A stretch of DNA of 64,000 bases from Anthoceros angustus (lineage: Eukaryota; Plantae; Anthocerotophyta): assembly GCA_010909165.1 (NCBI GenBank), contig MU008157.1, forward strand, positions 248,001 through 312,000, read 5' to 3'. The notes beneath the pieces are model-generated. The model did no database searches and was not told the origin of the DNA. It was given only the letters and a program-made list of their open reading frames with translations. A program made the translations under genes and the position numbers. Each line of letters begins with the position of its first letter. The first letter of the stretch is position 1. Below are positions 55,234 to 64,000 of this stretch, piece after piece.

Positions 55234-56081
55234 TTAAAAAGCCAATAATGACAATCATGACATATACGTGATTTACGTGTCATAGCGGGATCTTTATTAT
55301 TTCCTTAAAAAAAAAATGGATAAAGAAGAACTTGTATAAGGAGAGAAGTAGAGGGAGTCTTATTTTTGGCAAAAATTGTTTGGTTAGTTTTATTGGAGCC
55401 GATGTTATATATTAATCTAGAGGGTTGTGGACATGTTATGTCTTAAAAGCTAAGACAATCATTACATATGCGTGATTTACATGTCACAGCGAGGCCCTCA
55501 TTGTTGTCTCCAGCAAAAAAATGGATGGAGAAGAACTTAAGAAGGAAAACTATCTATCGACAATATGCATGGTGTAATGCTATCCAGTGACGAAAAAGCC
55601 AACTGGAAGCACTTATATCAGGTTATCTAAGCTCATATAGATGAAACACATGCAAGTGCACACTTGCATATAAACATATATAAATGGTCGGGAGATGTAC
55701 TAAACCTACTTTCCCTTGGTACTTGAGAGTTTTAAGAGATTTTGGATAAGAGTACTTGGTCGGCTATGTAAGGATCCATTTCTAATGTTCAATCAAGGAC
55801 TCAAAGAACTGGCTGATTTGGAGGAGGGAGTAAGATCTACAACCGCATAGCCAACGCCTTCTGCAAAGCGCTGTTACAGTAGAGTTGGAATTATAGATTC
55901 AATGTTGAATCAAAGTTGTCTCGAGTCTGTGGACATCGAAACGACTTCTATTCAAGAAGTTTTTATAAATATTTATTTTCCTTTCTTTTATCCAATATGT
56001 ATAAGGATATTTCAGGTATTTCAATATTTGAATATACAGGTTTTCCAATCTTTTTCCCTAGTTCTTTATTGTTGACGAATA

Positions 56082-56300
56082 AAGCGGGAGAGCGAGGCTG
56101 AGCTTGTCACTTTAGCTTGAAGCGGGAGAGCGAGGCTGAGCTTATCACTTTAGCTTGCCTTTTGAAAGTCTGTGCAAGCATTGGTGCCTTAGAGAAGGGC
56201 GAGGAGCTGTAGTATCCAAAGGGATGCCTTAGAAAGGCCAAGAAGATGTAGTACTCAAAGAAGTGCCTTAGAAAGGGCAAGGAGCTGTAGTACTCAAAGA
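56082..56300. repeat. Two short tandem arrays (~38-39-bp units, two and three copies)
   Basis: AAGCGGGAGAGCGAGGCTGAGCTT.TCACTTTAGCTTG twice; TGCCTTAGA(G)AAGG..AGGAGCTGTAGTA..CAAAG three times. Confidence 0.8.
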
Positions 56301-57129
56301 TTGGTGGAAAGAGACTAGCTAAAAACACAGTGCGAGGTAAGTGTGTGATGAACATGTATACGAAATGTGGTACACTACAACTACACAGAGGGTTCCTGAG
56401 AGCTTGGCTGCACATATATAGGATGTGGTGACATGGACAGTGCTGATTAGCAGGTATGCAAATCATAGCATCGATTTAGAGGTGCTTGCTTGAAAAATAA
56501 GGACAGGGAACAAAAGGGCCTCGTTTTGGCTTATTGTATTGCTTTTGCTTGTTTTTTGAAAGCCTATGCAAGTGTTGCAGCTCTCGAGCAAGGCAGAAAG
56601 CTGCACTCACGAATTGTAGGAATGACTTAATCCTACCCACGTGCCCAATGAAGATGTTACTATGCAAAATGAGGTAAGCTAATCCATGTCCATCCTCACC
56701 TTGTCACTTTCTTTGAACCTAGCCATATTAGGTAGGTTCCTATGGTCGGCAAAATTAAAATACAATAATAATCAATATTATATTATATAAAACATAGAAT
56801 ATATATATATATATGACATACACATCTACCTTACGGCAATTTGCTCAGATTCGATCTGGAGATTTCCCCGGCGTGAAGGCATGTAAAACAACCAACTACA
56901 CGACGAACACTACCAACCAACTACTTGTCTAATACAGGAGTCATGTTTAACTCGGGGCTACTAGAGTTTGTTTCAATGTGTCACATCCTTGTGGCGTAAC
57001 GCTTGAACTTGTGGCCTGCCCACATTTATTAGTCTACGCTTTCATGATCTGCTGGGAAAAAGCTTAGGAAATGGCCCGGCCAGCTACTTGATCGAATGGC
57101 AATTTTGGTGATTCGATTTTGTTTTACCT

Positions 57130-58130
57130 TTGAATTGTTCCAGCCAAGTTTACAAAGGGCACTGCTGGTTTCAGGTCGCCAGATTTTGCATACATGTCGA
57201 CCAGTTCGCCAGATTCTGTATACATGTTCACCAGCCAGCAGACAAGTTAGAAGGAATGCCACTTTGTGTCACGTCACAGTGCAGTTTTCTGCCAAATTCC
57301 AAGCCTACGGCAAACGCACAAGCTTGAAGGTCAGCTACAAAGAAGTTAGCATCCGTCTTCACGCCTGACCTAGACGCACCTCAGATATGGTATACAGTTG
57401 GATGGCTTCGTTAACATTTTGCTCTCCCATGTTTAGCATGACAGCGGAGATTATGGAGAACACATTGAAGGCATTTGGTTTGCCCATACAGGTGAACACA
57501 TCCATATCCTCCTGTAGCCAACCTCCACGTGCATACCAGCAATATATGGTTCTTAACTTCCAAGAACACATTTCAACTCCAACCCGAGTTTGACAATGAT
57601 CGCTTGTATAGTCTGCGTCAGACTGCAGAACTTAGCTCAGCCAAACTGCCCTTCCTTATGGCAGAGCCAAAGGAATGTTAATTCTGCACCTCAATCCCTC
57701 CCTCCTGTATGCTGGGCTAGGTAGAGAAATGGCATCACGGGTAACCACAATCCGGCCCTCGACCTCCATTCATCCATACAAGACAAGCGCCTGCAGGTGG
57801 CCAAGCCCCTGCTGTGTTTACCCGGCAATCAGGGCATTGCATTTCATCACATGTTTTGAGGCCAAGCTGTCAAAAACCCGGCGTGCATCTGCCAGTTCAC
57901 CACAGTTTGCATGCATGTTCACTAGGCAGTTGCTCACCAGCACGTCACCATCCGCTTACACGCCTGACCTGCGCATGGATTCATGGTACAGTTGTATAGC
58001 TTCCTTAGCTCTCCCATGTCTAGCATGTGCAGATTGCAGCCGTTACAACCCCAATTTCCGATCCTGCACGCCTGCCAGGCTCCGGTTGCCTGAGATTGCT
58101 CCAGCAGCATCAAGTGCTGCAGAATAGTAC
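57130..58130 (-). pseudogene. PLS-class PPR gene fragments
   Basis: LVNMHANCGELADARRVFDSL (~57865-57925), LVNMY/LVDMY..SG.L repeats, EAIQLY; frameshifted. Confidence 0.75.
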
Positions 58131-59699
58131 CGGCGTGTGCTATGTCGGACACCAGACCTTCACAAAAGCTGCAAGGGATCGACCACATCCCGTCTACTCC
58201 CATAGAAACGTCTCCATGCAGCTTCTACATGTGGTGTGTGAGGGCTTGAACTGCAGGAGACCTTCAGTGTGCAGGATTTTGACTGACGTGATATATAACT
58301 GGCGACAATTCCACAGAACCTCAACATTTCTCCTCTCCATGAACTCCGAGATTGTTTCTAAATGCAACATGTGCTGTACATGGGGACACGATCTTACAGC
58401 TGCCATTGAGCAGAAACAAGTCATGAATTCCAGAGGCAACAGCTAGAGCAGTAGGTTTCAAGCTCTTCAAATCACAACACTGGTAACAGCTGAAAGCTCC
58501 GCCCTCAAGGAGGTCGTCTTCTTCAAGCAGGCCTGACGGAAAAGCATATATGGCAGACCCTTACAAACGGTCCGGAATGATTCAAATATCTATAGGCTCC
58601 ATAAACACTTGGCACCACCTCCTGGTCCACTGATCAGATTTGGTAGACAGATGCAGTCGCACATGTGCAGACGCAGATATCCATCTCATCCACATCTGGT
58701 CAAGCGACACTTCCGAGAATTCGAGCTGCTGTGATCGAGGAGCAGGGGGTCCAGATACGAGCTCACCGTTTTGCAATTGCTGGGCATGCATAAGGTGTGG
58801 ATCTGAGAGCCAAAGGTGCACCGGTCCTCGCCCTCCGCTCCAGGCCTGCGTCCCATCTCCGGATCCGACCCTCATGTAGTCTGTAATGCGAGCAGTATAC
58901 GTTCCCTTGTGGGGGCTGATCAGGAGCTGAAGAACAGGACTTGCAACGCAGAGCAGGGAGTTACCCGCCAGGATGGCAGGGTTCAAGATGTAACAACTCA
59001 GAAACAGATCCTGAAGCAACGGAGCCTGCAACATATGGCAGCGTCCCCATCAAAAGTCTAGATTCTCCGGTGCAGAGGTTCCCACGGGTGTGCGCAGACA
59101 AGAGCATACACGAAAAGTACTAGTCTGCTCCAAAGCCTATTACCATCGTGCTCTTCCAATTGCTACACATCTGGGACCTAATTGCAATGGGAGAACATGA
59201 TGGCAATATTCGAGCACATTTTGTGTATGTGTAACCTCTTGTCCGTGAAACACCTGCATGAAAACTGTACACTACCCAAAAGGGTGGCCGACCATGAGAA
59301 CCTCCTCGACCCGAGGATTCAGACTTTCAACCGGGACGCTCACCAGTTTCGACGACGCTACCCTCCGGTTGCTTAGGGTGTCTTACGAATTGTTACATCT
59401 GCTGGAGCCTGCTCGGGTGGGCGCGCAACTACCTGCTTTGCGCTCTCAGTCCAGCTCATCAGCCCCGTGGAGGAGTCCCAACAGGGCAACAGCCACTGCT
59501 CGCATCACAATAAACAGGCTAGGCGGGCCGGGTACAGCGTCGGACGCGGGCCGCATTCTCAGCACTTCAGATTTCAATGCTTGAACAGCACGGTATCAAA
59601 CCAACGCTGGAGCATGTACTTGCATGATTCATCTTCTCGGGCGTGCAGGCTATTTGGATGAGGCAGAGAACATGTGATTGTCGTGAGAGAGCCGAAGCG

Positions 59700-60120
59700 A
59701 TGTTGTGGGGTTGACTGATTTGCTGAATGCCAGCAAAAGTCACGGGGATATGCAGAGGGCAACGAGGTGTTTTGGAAGGCTCTTTAGACTGAAGCCTCAG
59801 CGTGCATTCGCCTATGTACTCATGGCCAATGCCTATGAAGATGCAGGTAGGTGGACCGATGTAGAGAGGATTGAAACGCGGAGAATGGTGGCAGGGGCTA
59901 ACAAGAAACCTGCAGTGGCGGGCATTGAGGTGAAGAAGCAGGTACATACATTTGTGGTGGGAGGAAACAGAGATGACGTTGACCTTGCAGTGGAGAGATG
60001 AATGCAAGTGTGGAACAGGAAGGGGGGCACGTACCACACACAAAGTTGGTGTTGCAGCAAGTGGGTGAGAAGCTGGCTTTGGCGTTTGGTCTATAATATT
60101 GAACACTCCGAATGGGTTTC
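59700..60120 (+). pseudogene. PPR E domain plus DYW:KP-type domain fragment
   Basis: LLNASKSHGD..AYVLMANAYEDAGRW..KKPAVAGIEVKKQVHTFVVG, then after a frameshift EGGHVPHTKLVL..EKLALAFGL; the catalytic HxE is deleted. Confidence 0.82.
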
Positions 60121-60779
60121 AACTTATCCTTTCAGTCGATTGTGGAAGAGATGGCACAAGAAATCTCTGACCTGTCGCTCCTTTTATCAGTTGGATGTAA
60201 TGTTAGAAGTCTGGCAAGGGATCTCCGCCCTCGTACAAACTGCAAATTTCTCCTTGGAAATTGCAGTCATCGTCCATATGCAGGCGGAAGCTGTCGATTA
60301 GACGCAAATATGCCTGACAAAGAGGAAATGAAAGCCACCAGGTGGTCAGTCACACTGCATGTCCTTGGCTTCATCCAGTTTTAGCTCATCCGGACTGAAG
60401 CAGGGAAAGGAAAGGCAGTGCAATGAAATGCCATGAAATGCAAGGCAAGGCAGCTCAGCCGGCTCCGCGATCGGATTTCGAAATCCCGGCAGAGAGCTGC
60501 TCCCGCCGCTTGCCGCGTCCTCGAGTGCCGTCGCCGCGTCCTCGAGTGCCGTCGCCGCTGCTGCTTGCCGCTGCCGCCATGGTCGATGGAACAACCTGAT
60601 TGACGTGCAGAAAGCACCTCTCTTGACGGTCACACCGCAAACGATGCGATGGTTGTGTTTAATCTTCCTTCGTAACCTCTCTACCAGCCCTAGTGGCCAC
60701 CAGATTTCTGTGGTCTTCCGACTACCCCGCTAGTATGCTTATTCTTCCCAACAGACTTGATACAATGTCCTCAGGCGTG

Positions 60780-60930
60780 CATACATGCCTGGTTCTGGAA
60801 ACACACATCAGGTATCCTTCCCAGCAATGACTCAAATGCTTAACTCACAGCATGGCCCTCAAATGCTAATAGCATCTTCTCTGCCTCATCTGAATCACCA
60901 GGACGCCCAAGAAGATCAATCATGCCGGAT
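60780..60930 (-). pseudogene. Small PPR/E-motif fragment
   Basis: MIDLLGRPG..DEAEKML on the minus strand. Confidence 0.6.
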
Positions 60931-61202
60931 ACTGCAGACACTTCCAAACAGACACTTCCAAACAGACACTTCCAAGCAGTCGGATTCCAGTAGTTCATCA
61001 CGTAGTTGCAAAACCATGAAGGACCAAACTACCCTCCGTTGCTAACTTTGCTCGCACCAGTTTTCGAAGATAGCTGATAACGTGATCTCTTCTTCTTCTT
61101 CTTCTTCGTGCACAAAACCGGAACCGATCCAAGGAGTTGCAGGACATTCCAGCACCCCGAAAGCAATATGCTCTCCTAGCAGTGGCTCCTTCTTCAGTAT
61201 TC

Positions 61203-62280
61203 TCACGGACGACCCTTACAACTGCAACAACCAGCTGCGAATCGATGCATACGGTACCCATCCCTTACAACAATGCCTCCGTTCAAGCCTTGACAAGATC
61301 TCCGTGGAACTTTGGCAGTCACTGCACATGCGTAGATTCTTCGTCACCACCAGGGTGTCCCACTCGGAGTGTTCTCAGCATGCCCAGAAAGCACATCTTC
61401 TTTTTCCACCTCACACGCTGGCTTCAACACCAACTTTGTGTGAGGGAGGTGGCCTCCTTCCTGCTTCAGGCGAGCAACATTACCATGGCCTTCACATGAC
61501 AATAGCATCTGATCTGCCTCATCTAAATGGCCAGCACGCCCAAGAAGATCAATCATGCAGGTGTAATGCTCAATAGTGGGTTTGATGCCATGCTGTTCAG
61601 CCATGGAATCAAAGTGTTTGCGACCCTCGTGGACTAGTCCCTCGTGACTGCATGCTGCTAGAAGGCAGGTAAAAGTAGCATCATAAGGCTGAATACCCGC
61701 AACTAACATCTCCTCAAAACAAGCTACTGCTCTATAACCATCATCACAAGTACCACACCCAGATATCAGAGCATTCCACGTCACCACATTCTGTGTTCAT
61801 GCTGTCAAAAACATGGCGCGCATCTTCCAGTTCACCACTTTTTGCATACATGTTCACCAGGAAGGTGCCCAACACCACGTTATCCAGCAGTCCTCTTTCC
61901 ACAATCTGTGAGTGCAGCTGGATGCCCTTCTGTACGGCACCATTGCTTCCACAGCCTTCAGAAGGCAAGCGAAAGTAATATGGTTAGCCAAAAGCATGCC
62001 CTCCTGCTCCATTTGACCATACACAACAAGCGCTTCATGTCCGAGCCCTTGCTGTGCATACCTATCAATCAGGCGGTCCATGTCACCACATCCTTTGCGG
62101 CCAAGCTGTCAAAAACGTGGCGTGCATCTTCCAGTTCACCACATTTCATCTTCCACACAGTTACCCACCACCACGTCATCCAGCAGTCCTCTTCAACAAT
62201 ATGTGACTGCACCTACCTGCCCTTCTGTAAGGAATCCGTGCTTCCACAAGCCTTCAGAAGGCAAGCAAAGTAAAATGGTC
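61203..62280 (-). pseudogene. PLS-PPR with DYW:KP 'GRP'-type deaminase domain, internally deleted and frameshifted
   Basis: LVNMYAKSGELEDARHVFDSM, VTWNALISG, HYTCMIDLLGRAGHLDEA, EDVLSGHAE, VTKNLRMCSDC, RDGYRMHRFAAGCCSCKGRP* (stop at 61203-61205). Confidence 0.9.
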
Positions 62281-62373
62281 AGCCAAAGAGTAGAAAAGAT
62301 GTAAAAGCAAACTTCTCTGCATCTTTCCTAATCTTCTCTGAATCTTTTCTACTGTTCAGTATCAGTATCGCAC

Positions 62374-63390
62374 TATGGAATACCGATCTCGTCACTAAGC
62401 CGGGTGTGTGTGACAGGTTTTTTTCTTCCGGTACTCTACAGGAAGATGCCTGCGCATCTTCAAGATGCCTTCCTGACATACGCGCCACATCAGCGGACGA
62501 CGGGCCGTAGGCGGCACAAAGGTTTTGTCTCGGAACTTGGCCCCTGGTGTTCCGATCTTGTCATCCACTTTTCTTTCTGCCATTTAGGGTTTATGTTTGG
62601 CACGCACACATACTCATGTTTAGGGTTTTCCCACCACACATGGACATATATATCGGATCGGACATGTCTCGGCCCCGGTGCAAGCCCCCGACTCTGGGCA
62701 TGGTACTCGTTCAAGACTCTGGGCATGGTACTCGTTCAAGACTGCGTTTCCCTTTCACCGTCGCCCGTGGCCCCGGATGTTAGCCGCGCATGTTCGATCC
62801 AGTGTTTTCCCCATCGTGCATCTCCTTTGCGTGCCAAACAAGGTGGCCATCGAAGGTGATGTGTACAGATGCTAATCGTGCAAAGCTTCCTCCCTACCGG
62901 CACTTCACCTTTGAAACCGAACACGACTGCGGGAAGGAAACCAGTGCAATGCAGGCATTACAGATCTGAAAATGCTTCACACTCTCCCCCTCCTCAACCT
63001 CATCAAACAGGGCAATGTCACTGCGTCCTACAAATCCACTTCCAGTCCTACCAGACACCTGCCAGAACTGCCGCATGCTGCCGTTCAACCAAAAAAACAT
63101 CCGAACATAGTCTGCGCTCACACCTCATGGTGGGAGCGCTCACAAACAAAAAAAAACACCTCCCTACGCCACAGTCAGTCGCGGAAGAGCCTCAGAGCAG
63201 GCCCTCCATCCTCTTGTGCTCCGGAACTTGGCTCCTCCTCTGGCAGACTTCCGTTCGCCCCCTGTGCTGCCTGCTGTGGAGGGGCCGAATGTCCCTCCGC
63301 ACCGGACATGGGAGGTGCACCGGAGTGCCATGGCAGGGCCAGGTGCACCAGCCTCGTCACCCGGCTTAGTGACGAGATCGGTATTCCATA
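62374..63390. mobile_element. ~1.0-kb non-autonomous TIR element
   Basis: Perfect 33-bp inverted repeat TATGGAATACCGATCTCGTCACTAAGCCGGGTG (62374-62406 / 63358-63390), flanked by direct repeat TCGCAC. Confidence 0.88.
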
Positions 63391-64000
63391 TCGCACCAAC
63401 TTTCATCAACAACAACTTTGTTTATGTCTATCAGCATCGTTTAATCAATGTCGTCATAACTTTCATCAGAACTCAGAAGAGGAATTCGCATTATGCTTAG
63501 TGTTTATGCATATTTCGGGATAAATATGGGTTAAATGACTGAATACACTTCACATGCAAGCGATTCCTGCTCTCTTCACGCACCTTTCAGTGCGTTGGTT
63601 GACATGTCCGATTCATGGGTGCCCGGAGCGTTGCATTTCATGCGCAGACGGAGAGATGGGGCCTCTTCTAGCGGCCGCATTTTGGGACTAAAGTCTTGGA
63701 GGGATAACATTTTGAGATTGGCGCGTTCCCCTTGGACCAGGGCTCAAAAAGTCTCTCAAAAGACCACAGGACTGAACTGTTCTTGATGCGAGTGTTTCAT
63801 GTCCTCGACTGGCTCTACGAGTGTTTTGGACAGCGTCACAAATTGTGGTGTTTGCGTATGCCACGGCAAGTAAAGACTCAGTACGCTTCCTAAGGGTGGT
63901 GTGGTCATGCGCAGGACCTAGGCGTCCGGCCACGGACTAAATAGTGTGTTGTGCTCCTCATCTTCTTGAGAGGGTCCCTGTTAGATGGCCACAGTATGGC

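Noticed and set aside
56185-56300. Regular ~39-bp repeats resembling a CRISPR array
   Set aside because: The units are contiguous and degenerate with no unique spacers, there are no cas genes, and the context is eukaryotic
62371-62375. CACTA at the left end of the 1-kb TIR element
   Set aside because: The right end lacks TAGTG, and the CAC belongs to the flanking TCGCAC repeat
62850-63100. Possible captured PPR fragment inside the 1-kb element
   Set aside because: Translations show no convincing PPR motif

Overview
Eukaryotic, seed-free land-plant genomic DNA. Short introns of about 80-100 nt and DYW:KP/GRP-type PPR relics point to a hornwort, or less likely a fern or lycophyte; this is inference. 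Positions ~1-50200 are a deep nest of transposable elements: Athila-like Gypsy elements with very long, ORF-containing LTRs, a Copia element with internal tandem duplications, a CACTA element with intact termini and TSD, and a CRE-type restriction-endonuclease (RLE) LINE. The key finding is a ~10.3-kb TIR DNA transposon (10387-20680). It has a Sola1/DUF7869-type DDD transposase on the + strand and, on the opposite strand, a spliced cargo gene combining a ParB/Srx-like domain with a bacterial beta-class N4-C/N6-A DNA methyltransferase. An element-specific GC palindrome (GGGCGCCGGCCGGCGCCC) is dispersed through its introns and its 3' non-coding region. Positions ~50600-64000 hold an apparently intact Golgi class I alpha-1,2-mannosidase gene (GH47, MNS1/2-like), PPR/DYW:KP pseudogene fragments and a 1-kb non-autonomous TIR element. 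TE reading frames carry many 1-2 nt indels, which may be real decay or unpolished long-read errors. All protein-family calls come from motifs recognised by eye, not from database searches.
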